The notes: generated from the letters alone by a model not told the origin. Shown: positions 39,061 to 54,431, numbered from the stretch's first letter. The stretch is 64,000 nt of DNA from Eledone cirrhosa (GCA_964016885.1 OZ024740.1:87420001-87484000); one strand, 5' to 3'. Numbers and translations are program-made.

Positions 39061-42000
39061 GAGTAATGTGAATGCTAAAGGGTTTAGGTCTCAAAAACTT
39101 ATATTTCACCTATTCTTGTGAGGTATCAAAGTTATTGCTACATCCTTGTAATCCTTCTACTAAAGTGCAATTGTGTCAGTGTCGAGGTCATAGAGGCTTG
39201 AGGATTTTTGATTTGTCATAAAATAAATGAAGTGTGAATGTAACAGTTATTGTGTTATTTTAGGTGGCTAAAATGACTCTTCAACAATACATTCACTCTA
39301 TCATTCATATCTATCAATGGGCCAAACATTTCTCTCTTTCAGCTTTAGAGACAATTTACTTTTCTTTTTAGATACTTGCAAACTACCTTGTTTCAGATAT
39401 TTTTTATTACCTAGTAAGCAGGAATGGCAATACCCATAGCCGTTTTTCTGACTTACAAGAAATGAACGAGGAAGATATCCTCAAACTGGAAACCTGGCTC
39501 AAATGCTTACAACAGATTCAGCTAAAAGTATCCAAGGTCAAGGTGGTAAGATGTGTTAAATCAAGATTAAATCTACCACCCAATGAATTATCAATACAGA
39601 TGGTCAGAATATATATTGTACTAGACAACCAACAGTTCATTTCTTCTTAACATATTATACTGCTTCCAGAACAACATTCAAATGAAGTAATAAAAGTGTT
39701 GTATTATATAATCTGTCATTCATATATATATATATAATAATAATAAATGAAAGATAGTTACTTTAGATCATCTCTATTTTATTATACACATTTCGAAGAT
39801 GCATGACAAAATGCATAGGAGATGCATTTGATATACTGGCAGTCAAACAAACTGGACAGATCAGTGACAACCAAGCATATGATTAGAAAAAAAACACATG
39901 TTACGTGAGTGGGAGAAAATGCAGTTGGAGTTAGCATTTTTGAAATTATTTAAAATATGACGTAATTAGATTAATAAAAAAAAAAAAAGTATACACCAGT
40001 TTATATGTTACTTATATTAGCTTATAATAGATACTATACCAAAATATATATCATAGCAAAGAAAAATATTCAAGGATGCTAAAGTAATATTTTAACTATA
40101 TAATAAAGAAGAAAAATTAGGATTACAAAATTCAAAGGTAAATTATCTATAATTTAAATTGGTATTATATGAGTGGGAAAATATTTAACAATTGGTATGT
40201 CTTTTTTATATCACTGATTTGGTTATAACTATGAAATAAATTATTTAGTTCAAAAGAAAAGATGCAATTACCGTGGATTTTCAACAATTATATTTAAGTA
40301 GGTATATACAAATAGAGGAAAATATTAACTATTGGCATAACTATTATTATAAGAAAAGATGTATGTATTATAGCCTAGTTTACTTATATACTAACTAAAG
40401 ATAAGGTAGATGAAAAAGTTATGAAAAAAATATTAGTTTACTTATTTTGTCTATTCGTCTTTATGTTCTATTTAAACATAATAAAAATCGCTTAAGGATT
40501 ATATATAAAGAAATAAACTTAATAAAAAAAAAAATTAAATAAGTAATAACTAAAAACTCTGAAATGCTTTTGAAAAACCTGTGAAGACAAGAATTAAAGA
40601 TTTCAGAGCGTTTATTAATAATTAATTGCCTATTATAAATGATATGTAGAATTTATGTGGTACAGATGTCACATTCTTTAGATAAGGAAGCATTTTTATA
40701 AGGCAAAGCATTAGAAAGTTTCTGCCAAGAAAGGGAATATTTGATATTGTTTTAAGTGACCAAATCAATTCAGAAAAGGAAGTACTAAATCTTTTATCCT
40801 CTCTTCTAAACGAGTGGTGATGGTTATACCATCTTTCTTTAAATTTTAAAGACGTGACACCAATATAATTATAAGACTAAATTACGATCAAGGCAGTTAT
40901 TATTTAGTGGGCAAAAATTACTTTTTTTACAATTACGTTACTATTTAGTGATGCCACTCTGTGTCTATAAGTGGTTAGGTTTTCACTGTCTATGTTGTTG
41001 GTGTAATCGTTGCTAATTGAGATGTTGTTTATTCTATTAGTGATTCCAAGATTATCATGATGTTAACTATGATTAGTTCCAAGATTTCTATTGTTAATTT
41101 TAGCTATATTTTGGGCAATCATATGCTGTGTCTTTCATTAGAAATATGGTAACACTTTCCTTACAATTTTAATTATAATAAAGAAAGGAGTGTGGGACTG
41201 CATCCAGAATATATTTTTTTATCCCGTTTGTAAAATAAGTTGGATTACTTTGATTAAATATATTTTATTGTTTATTTAAAGATTCACATTTTCAAATGTC
41301 AACACTTCCGATTAGCGATCGCTTAAATAAACATTCATATATTTCTGTCCACTAATTCTGATGCAGTTTATACGTAATATTGTGTGGTTTTTAATGTATC
41401 ATAGATTACATTACTGATTACATAAGATAGTGTAACGCAGTCTTCATTCAATTTCTGTGTATATTGTCAATTACGATTTTATTTGATGTATCATATCTAC
41501 ATGCATATATACTTGCGTATATCAATATACACATGCTAGCAGAAAAACTGCTAGTATTTCTAATGAAAGACACTGCCTATGATTTTCAAATAATTTTGAA
41601 GATAATCTAGAATTTCGGAAGATATAGTAATATAACTAATGTTCTTATCATATAGCTGATATTTAGAACATAACTTAAAGGTTCTTACATAAAATCATGG
41701 TGAAAGGGTTTCAGAAACACTTTCAAATAAAGTGTTGTGCCATGAACATTTTTAGGCAGTTTGGTATCAAAAGGGTTAAAGTATCACAGGGAAGATGTGG
41801 GCCATTAATAATGTGGTACTGAAAGAGTTAATTCAGTTTCACCGTGTACAGAAGCCGATTCTCTGCTTTCATGCAGCAATTGATGCCTTTCATTCACCAT
41901 TCTATTTTGATGTTGCCAGGTATTCCTCTCACAAGTACAAGATTTCATATTCGCACTTTTATTGACACCAGATAACATGTATCTGCTACTCATATCACCA

Positions 42001-43411
42001 TACAGTAACCCGTTTCAATCTTATGCTTTGTTTTAGTCTTTTATATACAGAGCTTCTTATTTCACATTATAGAAAGATAAATTGTGAAGCTCTTCCAATG
42101 ACTACAGATACTTCTAATTATATGTGTGAATCCTCATGTTGTTTTATATTGCTATATAAGAATTATATAAGAAGGTCTAGTTCTAAATCAATATTGCAGA
42201 TTTACTGAAAAAATAATACATAAAAAAATAATCATTTGATATACATTCTGCCTTGACAGTAAACAAATTCATAACCTTTATGCATTAGTCAGATAAACAT
42301 GTAAAATTTCAGTTTTGTATCATCTTAAAATGATGCAGATATATATATATATATAAGCTAATCTGTTTTAAAACATATCTACTGAACCAAAAAACTAGCA
42401 AGTCCTTGGCTGACTGAATACACATGCTTTTTCTTAAAAGCGTTTTTCCATTCTTTCCTCTTGTTACTGTCTTTCTGTTTCATCCTTTGTTTCTCATTCT
42501 ATCTTCTGATGAAGAACTAGTGTCCGAAATATAAAGACTCTTTTCCTACTATATCAACCATTAAACTAATATACGTCTTCATTGAACTGTGTTGTTTTCT
42601 GTTTGTATAAAAGAAATTCAAGGTAAATGTCATCTGACTCAGTGAATTGTAACCCACTACAATAATTTTAATGTCTACTAAGTGTAAAGAAGCAGATTGG
42701 TTTATAAAGCCAGTATTTAAATAATTTCACATGTTAAATATAGGAAATGTGATAACAAACAACAAAGAAATAATGGAAATATACTTCAACTTATGTATTT
42801 TACTTGTCTATGATAACCTAAAACTTGTCTCAAATACAAACAGAGCCTGTATTTTATAAGATAGTAAGTATATGAAAGCATTCAACTGCTAGAGAAAAAT
42901 AAGCTTCAAAAAGTAGATAACTAAAAACTATATATATAGGAAAATAAAATTGTGTTTTATAAAATATACTGAATAAATGATGACAATGTATACAATCTGT
43001 CTATGAAGTAATCTCTATGACAGAGCCTTATGATAACTTACAGTCAAATATCTAAAAAAGATTCTATTCTCTCAACTTATAATTTATCAACTTGCGTTTT
43101 TCTAAATAGAGAGCGTTACAGCACAACATGTATACAATGCATTTTGTCTCTTGGCAACATTGATACGAAAAGTGCGAATTTCTGTCACATACGGTTGTGA
43201 AAATTTTATTTTCTTCATGATTTAAAATGAGGTCACAGTATGGAAGATGTACACACTGTTTTATGTTTTAAAACAAAACTAGATATTCATAAGAAGTTTA
43301 ACAAGTACAATGTTCCCCCATCTACTAAAAAGAAATTTAAATAAGTAAAATAAAATACAAATTAAATATATCAAAGATTTTCAATACAAAATTATAAAAA
43401 TAAGATAATTT

Positions 43412-43462
<51 letters not shown>

Positions 43463-44611
43463 ATGTGTATTTGTATATATATTCTATCTACACAAACACA
43501 CACACATATATATATATATTGTACATATATTCTTTCTAGCAGAAATTTCTTCTCTTATAGTGAGTATGATCTTGAAAGTAAAAATTGAATGGTAGCTGTC
43601 AAATTCAGATGAATAACATATCAAGTCCTGGATACAACACAATACTACATTTCAAAGTACATTAAACACAACAGAAAGAAAAAAAACACACAAATAATAT
43701 ACTATATAATGGAATTTTATCGTATGAATTAACATTAATTCCTTAATAATAATTTCTTCATCAGGAGACGGACTTTTTACAGCTATAAATTGCTGAAAAA
43801 TTATGAATATACTCATCCATTCCTTAACTGACAAAGTGAATGTAGTTGCAACTATCAATGAAATTATATTCACTCTTTTACTAGTTTCACTCATTAGACT
43901 GCAGCAGTGCTGAGGCATAGACAAAGAGATTTAGTTGATCATATCTATCCAAGTGCTTATTTTTATAAGCCTGGTACTTATTTATTTTTATCAAATTCTT
44001 GAGTTACAAGAGCATAAAACAGACACAAAAACAAATGCAACACATTTAAACACACAGACATACATATCATCATCATTATCATTATCACTGAACAAGCTTC
44101 TGCAGTTTCTGTCTACCAAAATTCACTTATGAAGCATTGGTTAATTTGAGGCTGTATTAGAAGATATTTGCCCAAAATGCCATATAGTAGGAGTGAACTC
44201 CTTAACCACACAACAGTGTATATCAATTTCATTGGAAATTTACAGGATTAGACTGAAATATTAAACAATGATTTCTTTTCATGAGCAAATTTGTACAGAT
44301 AACTGACATCTATATACATACTGTATATAGATGTGAGTCAGTTGCACCTTCATTTTACATACAACTTATGCAATAGATCATGCATTTTAAATTGAGGTTT
44401 TGTAGGTTTAGCAGATAAGTTGCATGCTAGGTTTTCACATTGGATTTTTATAGTAAAATGGTGCAAATTATACACAAACATATATGGTATAAAACCCACT
44501 GCCAAAAGGAACAAGTGTAAACATTTTATTATTTTCTCTGTACAAAGAAAAATAAGAGATTGAGTTTTCACATGTTTCACAGTTTATTAGCTGTTCATCA
44601 AGAAAAAGTAA

Positions 44612-44910
44612 GGCAGTGATTTGGCAGAGTCATTAGAACATCAGATATAATGCTTTGCAGTAATTGTTCTGGCTCTCTACTCTGAGTTCAAATCCCACCA
44701 AAAGTCAACTTGCCTTTCATCCTTTGAGGTCAATAAAAAAAGTACCAGTCTAGTACTGCGGGTCAATTCTTCCGCTATATCTTTTTCTCATTTCCTATCC
44801 TTCCTTGGAAGAAATCTGCTCTATTCAGACCTGGAGGGGGATGGGCTCCGCCAGGTTTTAAAAGGCCATGTCAATATGGTGCCCTTACGACTTATTGAGT
44901 TAAGGAACCA
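44612..44910 (+). mobile_element. Older SINE variant (also at about 50205-50530 and 59175-59460)
   Basis: tRNA-like head with ctgagttcaaatcccacc, gcctttcatcc core, and a distinct 3' part ggaagaaatct..cagacctg..gccaggttt. Confidence 0.7.
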
Positions 44911-45028
44911 TACCATCAAGAAAAGTACCCACATTTAAAAGGAACTTATAGTAATTGCTATTTATATCAAACACAATCCAGATCTCAACTGAAATGGCCA
45001 GTTTAATTTGCATTTAGTTGGGCAATGA

Positions 45029-45221
45029 TTAATCCTTTTGATGCCCCTAATTTTCTGATACAAAAATGTTCATATAAACTGTTATTCATTGTATTAAAAT
45101 AATTCCATTATAATATTATTTTTAAGTTATTTTACTAAATTCCTCTAAATGTATTTTCAAAATTTTCAAAACTAATTGAAACACAAAAATTATCTTTAGT
45201 TGGAAATAATAAAAGGGTTAA
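45029..45221. mobile_element. piggyBac-like MITE
   Basis: TTAA-tcctttt ... aaaaggg-TTAA ends; similar single ends near 41775, 50116 and 58749. Confidence 0.45.
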
Positions 45222-45311
45222 ATAAACAAGGTGATCTTAGTTTGGCAAATGGCAACATATTTTACATGTTCAACTCCAGGAAAATCCTGATAATCAACTG
45301 CATTCTAATTA

Positions 45312-45481
45312 CAGGTAAAATTCCGTTATAACAAATTTTTCAGTATAACAAATTTTTTTTAAATAAAAGAGTTAATAACACAATTGCTTGATTTGTTTTG
45401 GGGCGATCTATTTTAACACATTTTTCATTACAACAATTGTTTTTTATATCCCGTGAATTTCGTTATAACAGAATTTCACTG
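45312..45481. mobile_element. Tc1/mariner MITE
   Basis: TA|caggtaaaattccgttataac ... gttataacagaatttcactg|TA. Confidence 0.75.
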
Positions 45482-48400
45482 TATAATGATTCTGTCTTTC
45501 TTAGGGGTATATAGAACTACACTGTCCAGTGTGTCCTTTCATTACTGAAGACTAGGTTGTAACTTGAAGAATATTTGCCTGTTAGTTCTAGCAAGTCTAG
45601 CAACCACATAAGACTCCATTGGGTTGTTATTTCAGATTTTTTTAGATAGGTGCGTAGATAATTCAATTATTCTCATTATATAACTGGTACTTATATCAGT
45701 CTTTAAAGGATGAATGATAATATATAGACATCCTGTCTGCAAAGAACATGATATCTTGATATAAAAAAAATAAAAAAATAGAACTGTGTTTTGTGAAATA
45801 TATTAAATAAAATGATAACAATGTATACAAGCTGTCTGTGACAGAACCTTATTTATAACTAGCAGCCAAACAGATAAAGAAGATTCCTTTCACTCTACTT
45901 CTTTTTATCATAGCTTTGATTTTTCTAAATAGTTTTGTAGCACAACATGTATATAATGCACTTGTCTCTTGGCAACATTGATATAATAAAAGTACCAATT
46001 CCATCGCACAGTTATGAAAATTTGATTTTATTCATGGCTAAAAGTGTAGTGACAGCATGGAAGGTGTAGACGTTCTGTTTATGACAGGTCTGGGTGTCTG
46101 TTAGAAGATAGCTATTGCACCTTCCCTTGTTAATAGGCTTCATGCTGGTTGTAGAAATTAGGCCCCATTTCAAATGGTAATAAACCCAGGTCAAATGCGA
46201 CACAACAGACTCCATTTCAAACAGCTCATTAAGGTTTTATGTAATCAGTGCTAAATACATTCATGTATAGGTAATGCATGTGTATTGTACATAATGTACA
46301 ATATAAATAGCAAGATGAAATAGAATAATATGATTTATTCTTTATTAAATGCTTCTCCTGCTGCTAATGTTGGGTGGGGATAGGCTTCCACAAAATTATA
46401 AGCCCATCTTCCACCAGAGGCCTACAATCAGATTCAAGGAACCAGACACTGCTGTCAATGAAGCTGCACTATTAGTTGAATCAATACCAATGAATGACTC
46501 ACACATATTTTTTATTAATCACAGATTATGAGCCAAAGCCGTTGGTGGAATTGGAACTCAGAGTATTAAGTGGTGAAGTAAAACACTGCACAGTATTTGG
46601 TGCTCTACTATTCATTGCTCCATTTAGTAATAATAATAATGATGATAATTTCCATTCAGTCTACAAAATGTTGATAATTAAGCAATGAATTACATTCCAG
46701 TAATGTACAATGGTAAACATATTGTGTATATGTATATCCCATGTTGTTGGGAAAAGATTTGCCTTGAAGCCAACAGTAACATTCCTATATGTTAAGAAGA
46801 TAATAGGAATTAATGTGTAAACAAGAGAAGAAAGGCATTTGTAGAAACAATAAATATGTACATATATATATATATATATATATATCATTTTCGTTTAACG
46901 TCTATCTTCCATATATATATATATACATACACATATATACATAAACATAAATAAACATTTACACATGTAAACATATACATGTGTAAATAGATATACACAT
47001 ACACACATATACATATAATTCACATGTAGACATATATACATACATGCATATACACTCACACACTTCGTTTTTCATAGATGTTGGAATTACGCAAAATGAT
47101 GAAAGAAATATAAGATACTACCATATTCTTACAGCCTGTATTTTTAACACACTAAACCAATAATTAAAATTTGCTTTGCAATGAAAAGACTAATGATACG
47201 AATAAACTTCTATTTAAAATGGAATTTCCTAATTGTTAAAATAGCAGAAATGTAAATATATATATTTATATATATATGTTGAGGAAAAGAGAAAATTCTA
47301 TTCTATCCAACAGGGAAATGATAATAACAATTGTAAAAATTAGTTTGTAGTTTAATGTTATTTCACTGAAATATCATTTAGACTGTAATAAAATTACATG
47401 TTTATATATATATGTGTATATATATATATATATATAACGAAGGAGGTGTGGTAAAGAACCAGATGGACCATAACCAACTGATGATGTGATTTGAATTTTC
47501 CTAGTATATTACAAATGCCGTGTATAATTTTAATCAGTTTTTCCAATGATTTGATTAAGCATACATTGTATTTAAAATTGAGTGACACAACTTCAAGTGA
47601 TTAGCAATTTTTAGACAACTTAACCAATGAAACAATTGTTAATACTGTAAATAAAACCCTTTTTGTACTGTTGACCATGTTACTCTTCACTATATATATA
47701 TATATATACATATATTATATATTATATATCTATATACAGGTGTGTGTATGTTTATATTTCATATATATATATATATGTGCGTGTGTGTGTGTGTATATAA
47801 ATTTCATATATATATATAAAAGTAAACCAGATATCATTTTGGGTTTCATATATATATATGTATGTGTGAGAGAAAGAGAGAGTGTGTACATGAATATATA
47901 TATATATGTATATATAGTGGGAGGAAGGAAGACATATATGTCTATATGACAGCAACTGCTCACACCCATGCCAGTTTAGCTGGACTCCTATGAGTTTATC
48001 AGTTTAAATTCAGAGTTATTGCTCAACCAGACAGTTCAGATAACTATGTTTCACTCATACTTAACTGTGTTTGGCAGGATTTCTACAGTTGGGTGCCCTT
48101 CCTAACATCAACTACTTAATAGAATATACTGGATGCATTTTATTGAGACACCACCATTATAAAGGTTATCCAGTCCTCAACATGACTAGAGAGTCTTCTC
48201 CAACCCGCATTGATCACGTTCAACCCCATCCTCAACCATTTTACAGAGTGTACTGGGTGCATTTCATCTAAAGTAAATGCCCTCAGTATAACTGAAACCA
48301 GTCAAAGAGTATATAATATACGTCATTGTCTGAGTATATTCAGAGATTTGGATATTAATAAACACAATTAAATCTGCAATATCCACCATTATTATGGGTA

Positions 48401-51400
48401 AGTGTCATTGTTACAAAAGGTCAATACTGAAATATTCATAGCTTATTACTAGCCAGTCTATTTGCAATCATAGTAATTAAAAATATTATCAACTCCTATT
48501 ACATTCTTGCCAAATATATATTTCATTTTCTCCTAATGTTTCCAAGTTAAAATTATTTTACACAGCCAATATTTGTTGACTTAATGCATACACATACACA
48601 CACATATAGATATATAGATAGATTGCTGCAATGTTGTACAGTCAAAAAAAATTCACGAAAAACATTAATGTAATTTTCAACAGTAATAGTGGTGGTGATA
48701 TTAATAACTATGGCAGTAGTAGAAAAAGTGATGATGGTGGTGGTGGTACTAGAACATATAATGGTAGTGCCAATAGTAGAATGAGGGAAATTGGTAGTAA
48801 AAGTAATGGTTGTAGTAGATCTTAGGCAAGAAGATAACCTTGACCAAGCAAATCTATGATTAAAGGCATTCCACCTGTGTCCATCCTGCTAACTTAAGGA
48901 GTAACTAGGGCTATATGATTTACTATGTCTATTTCTTTCCCAAAATAAAAGTGATTGGGGGGAGACTTGGTTGCTATTTCTAGCATGTTGAGTGACCATA
49001 TAGCGGTTTCCTCCTTAGCTCATGGGAAAATAAATAGTAATCATAGCAATGGAAAGTAGTAGTAGTAGTAGTAATTGAAGTAGTTAAACAATAGCAGAAT
49101 ATTTCCTTCACCAAATGCCCTGCTGTACAAACACTCCCAAGAATAGAATCCTATGGTTTTAAGTATGATTAAATTTCTCAAAATTATCATTAAAATATTA
49201 ATCGAGAAAGGAAGGGAGTGAATTTAAGGAACATCTTGAAATTCATTAATAATGAAATAGTTACAACAATTTATGCTTTATTTATTTGTTAATTAATTAT
49301 AATTATTATTATCGTTGTTATTTATATATTTATTGGTGTCTTTTCCGTGAATTCTATGACTATCAGGAACAATTCTTCAATTCTTCCTGTTAGCAAAAAG
49401 AAAGAGAAATTCATTTGAAAATTTGGAACCGATCTCATCAAGATATTGCTAAGAGCAATAAACAATATATGATTTAAATTAATGCAGTGTAATTTTAAAA
49501 CTAAAAATAATTTAAATTTATATTTTATTTTATCTTTTATATTATTTTACAGAAGTTAAATGTAGAAATATGTAAAATGCTTTGATAATAATATTCCTTC
49601 GGAACTTTCATAATATCACTTTCTAAGCCAAGGAATTAATGAAAAAGTTGGAGGTGGGAGGAAAACCCAAAGAAAACTATAGATAAAAATAAGTTTTCTT
49701 TTAAATGTTTTGTTCAAATTTCTCATGGAGGATGATAAAATTAAAATACACCCATAGTCACACATGATTAAATGCTAATGGGATTTTATATATATGTATG
49801 TATGTATGTGTGGGTGTACATTTATATTTCTGAAGGGTCCAACATTAAAGTCTAAATGACAAGATAATGGTTTGAAGCAATGCTAGATAATTGTGACATT
49901 TTCGTATTAATGTTTTAACTCTATAAATAACTCTCTATAATGATGTGAAAGAAATGGAATTAAAACACACATACGCATGACAAAAAAAGAGCAGTAAAAC
50001 AAAATGTTTAAAAGACTAGGAATTGTAATGTGTAAAAAAATATTGCATTGAATTGCATTCTTTTATGCCAAAAGGTAAATTAGCCATTCAATAAAGTACT
50101 GAGGCTATTATAAACTTAACCCTTTTGACATCAATACACATTTATCTGTCTCTGGTTCTATGAATCAATAGCACCAATTTTAAAAGATCCCTATTTGACT
50201 CTTGGTGGCAAATTGGCAGTTAGTAGAACATTGGATAAAATGATTTGCTGTATTTGTTTTGGATCTCTGCTCTCTGAGTTCAAATCCCACCAAAGTTATC
50301 TTTGCCTTTCATCCGTTCAAGGCCAATAAAAAAGTACCAGTCAAGTACTGGGGTCGATTCTTCCTCTGTATCATTTCCATTCCATTCTCTCACTCTCTAT
50401 CCTTCTCTGGAAGAAATCTACTGTAATCAGACCTGTGGAGGGTTGGGCTCTGCCAGGTTTTAACATATCTTAAAAGTGCCAGGTGTCAATACAGCTGCCC
50501 TACCACTCTCTCAAGAGTTACAGAACCATCCATCCATGTATCTGAAATGATCAGAAATGTCTAAAAACTGGTTTAATTCAAATGTTTATAGTGCTTTTAC
50601 TAGTTGATAGATCATTAGTGAAAATGTACGGTATTGGAGTGAAGGCTTATTTTTAATGTGAAGCAGTCATAGTACTAATATACATAGTACTGCATATCAT
50701 GACTCATACACTATTCACTTCCCTGACATTTGTATAATATTCTATGTACTATACATGTACCTTTGATGAGTTGTAGTGCACCTGAGCACTGTACACAATC
50801 ATTTCATTATTATTATTAAATTGTGCTTTTCAGAAATGTCTTGATAAGGCAGTCTTGTGTGGTACAGGATGTTAAGATTTACATAAAAAATTGTGCAACA
50901 AAATCTACTAATATAATAGCCTTATGTATTTGTCGTCACACAGTAGAGATGACTGAGGAAGGAAGATGTGATTACGTCGACCGAGGAAGGGAGAGGTGTC
51001 TAATACACACACATCTATGTGATGACTGAGGAAGGAGGGGTGAAACTATAGAAGTCCAGCATTCTAAGATTCCTCACCACTGTATGTTTGTATCACTTGT
51101 GAGAAAGCATGAAGGAACCAACCAACCAACCAACCAACCAACAAACAAACAACTCTTTTTTATGTTATGTATAGATATTACAATTGGCCATCATTTTTGA
51201 CGGCACGAGGCCAGCTAGTTTAAAATAAATCCCATTTGTTAACTTATGTTAAAAATACTATCTTAATAACGAAAAAATAAATAATTTTTGTAAAGCCTTC
51301 CAAATTGTTTATTAATTAATTGAAAAGTATAGTCTATTTCATATGATCACGGTCGGGTTACACCTTTGAAGTTGATGCCCAATCTCTTGAAAGTAAACTA

Positions 51401-51693
51401 ACTCAATGTTGCCCCAGCATAGCCTCAGCCTGTCGGCTGGAACATGTAATGGAGATCCTTATAATTGACAAATAATGTAATATTTTCTAATAAAATTTAA
51501 TTATTTAAACTATTCACTAAGAATACAGAATATGAACTAATAAAGAACAAATATTTATAAGGCCAATTAGTATAGAACAAAACTAATATGAGAATTATTT
51601 TTTCAATCTAAGCTGTTAATACAAAATATTTACATGAATACTTACAAGTTATTGCAATGATTAATTGTACAATAGTCATATAATATCTATGTA

Positions 51694-51735
<42 letters not shown>

Positions 51736-51737
<2 letters not shown>

Positions 51738-51856
51738 TCTATGTTTGGCACAAGGCCAGCAAATACCCAGTGCATTACTGGTACTTTATTTTATCGACCC
51801 CGTAAGGATGAAAGGCAAAGTTAACCTTGGCGGGATTTGAACTCAGAATGGCAAGG
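51736..51856 (-). mobile_element. Family-1 SINE, 5'-truncated
   Basis: Consensus match. Confidence 0.85.
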
Positions 51857-51871
51857 ATATATAATATAAAA

Positions 51872-53180
51872 TCATCATCATCACTTAATGTCCACTTTCC
51901 CTGCTAGCAAGAGTTTGATGGGTCTACATAGTCCAAGTCAGTACTGAAACGGGGTCTACTAACCTCGCAGACAGGTCGAGGGTCTATATCTTGGTTACAT
52001 GTGGTCATATTCAGTACAGAGAGTTGTCATGTCAAGACATGACAACTCTTGTTTGGCAAGTTTTCTACAGCTGAATGCTCTTCCTAACACTAACCATTTT
52101 ACAGCATGTACTTTGTGCTTTTATTGTGTAGATCACCAGCAGTGGGGAGGCTGTCAAGTCCTTGACACAACTAAACGGTCCTCCTTTACTTGAGTATACT
52201 GGGTGCATTTATCACTAATAAAGGATTTTGTGTCTTTGACACAACTAAACAGTCGTCTCAACTCTTTTAGGCATGTTATCTACAGTGGGGTAACCTTCCT
52301 GTTGCTAACCACCCTTACAGAGTGTACCAATTGTATTTTCGTGGCACCATTAATGAAGAGATTGTTGGTTGTAGACCCAACAGTAGAGCCCACTCAGCTC
52401 TAGGGAACCAGACAATATGGCAGGGTCTTTGTGGAGATTTGACAGGGGTGTCTGATTAGTGTATGGGAAGAGGGGTTGTAGTGGTGCAAGTGATGTGGTC
52501 TAAAGTGAGTCAGGGAGGGGAATAGTGAGGGGATGAACAAGAGGTAGTGAGTGAATTCTAAGATGCAATGATGAGGATATCTACGGTCTTTAGAGGGGCT
52601 TAGTAATTAAGCAATGATTCTGGAGGGGGCATGAGTGGTAGGTGTAATAGTGGGTAGTGGGAGGTGGAGAGAGCGGCTCATGGATGGTCAGGTCATGCTG
52701 TATGATTCTGGCTGGGTTTTCATCACAGCATAGCGCCAACCCTCTTGATCCTTTGTCATCTCAGTTGTGAAGCTTAGTTTCTTAAGGTTGCTCTTTGCTA
52801 CCTCATCTTCTTGGGTCCTACTTTTACTCGGGTGCCAACAACTGGGATTGCTCTGCATTTCTTTATGCAGCTGTTATCCTCCATACACATCACACCATTC
52901 ATACCAGAGCAGTCTTCTCTCTTGCACATTATATTCAATACTGATGACTCGACAAAAAGCATCCCGTAAACCCTGATAGATGGTTCTGTAAATGCCACGA
53001 TTAAAAGCACCCAATCCCCACTGTAATGTGGTTGGCCCTATGGAGGGCATCCAACTGTAGAAACCACACCAAAATATAGATCCGTATGAGCAAGATGCAG
53101 TCTCTGGAACTGACTTGTCTCGTAACGTGACAATCTGTCTAACCCATGCAAGCATGAAGAAATAAGTGTGAAATGATGAT
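51872..53180. mobile_element. Old RTE fragment on - (about 51872-52950) abutting an RTE/SINE tail on + (about 52955-53180)
   Basis: (cat)n at 51872; MEDNSCIKKCRAI..VGPKK on -; aacccatgcaagcatg..gatgat tail on +. Confidence 0.6.
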
Positions 53181-53200
53181 TTAATATATATATATATATA

Positions 53201-54431
53201 TCATCATCATCATCATCACCGTTTTATGTCCGTTCTTCCATGCTAGCATGGGTTAGATGGGTTGTCCTGCTGTGGGCAGTGTCTGGTCGGCTGACCATGC
53301 CTTGCTCATACAGGAACTGATTTTGGCTTGATTTCTACAGCTGGATGCCCTTCCTAACACCAACCTCATTTACAGTGAGTGCTGGGTGCTTTTTTCCCTG
53401 GCGCCTGCACGTCCACTTTACAGTATGGGCTGGGTGCTTTTTCGCCGTGGCACCTCCATGACCACCTTGCAGTGGGAGGGTGTGGAGGCATATTGTCTAT
53501 ATGCTTCAGCTTGTACCCATGAGAGGTCAGGTACTCTGTATTACTGTGAGACGCCAGAGGTCACGGTCATGTGTCATCGCCTTTGAGAAGTGTAATTGGG
53601 TAAGGTCGGCTTTTATCACCTCATCCCAGGTCTTCTTGGGTCTCCCCACTCCGCAGTTTCCATTGACTTCTAGTGCTCTGCACCTTTTTATGCAGCTGTC
53701 ATCCTTCATACGCATCACATGTCCATACCAACGCAACCGCCTCTCCTGCACACAGCATTTGATTCCTCTTATGCTCAGTCTCTCTCTCAATTCATTTATG
53801 CTTTGCCGTTCACGTATATTACTATTACACATCCATCGGAGCATACAGGCTTCGTTTCTTTCTAATCTTCGTAAGTCTTCCACCTTCAGCGCCCAGGTCT
53901 CACTACCATGTAACATTGCTGTTCGTATACACACATCATACAGTGTGCCTTTCATTTTGAGGGAAAAGCCTTTTGCAGCTAGCAGTGGCAGTAGTTCCCT
54001 AAACTTCTTCCATCCCGTTTTTACCCTAGTTATTGTACTTTCTGAACACCCACCTCCGCTGCTAATTCGGTCACCTAGGTAGCAGAAGCTGTCTACCGTT
54101 TCTACAGAGCCCTCCCAGAGATTGGTGGTACTTGTTTCCTGTGGCTGTTTGCTGCTTGCTGTCCCAGCACAGCTGCTACATGTGAAGCCTACATTCTTAA
54201 TTAAGCTTCCTGAGATCCCGCTACATCTCTTGTGTACCCATTGTTTGCATTTGGGGCAGAGAATGGAGTTCCTACCTACACCTTTCCTACATACTGAGCA
54301 AGGCCATTTCCCTGAGGGGATCTGGATTCTGTTTTCTAATCTACTTACAAGGACCTTAGTCTTTGTCAGGTTGACTTTGAGACCCTTTCTTTCTAGTCCC
54401 TGCTTGCTTACAAATTTGGAATTTCTTCTCT
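53201..54431 (-). mobile_element. 5'-truncated RTE LINE (subfamily B)
   Basis: ORF 53527-53955 AMLHGSETW..RRLRWYGHVMRM..GRPKKTW; colinear with 38320-38985; (cat)n tail. Confidence 0.92.

Noticed and set aside
39990-40560. Mitochondrial insertion (NUMT)
   Set aside because: Very AT-rich, but no recognisable mitochondrial gene, rRNA or tRNA motif
47671-47969. YI/CV-rich ORFs (also 26687, 35147, 54968, 57354, 62497)
   Set aside because: Translations of (TA)n/(TG)n microsatellite sequence
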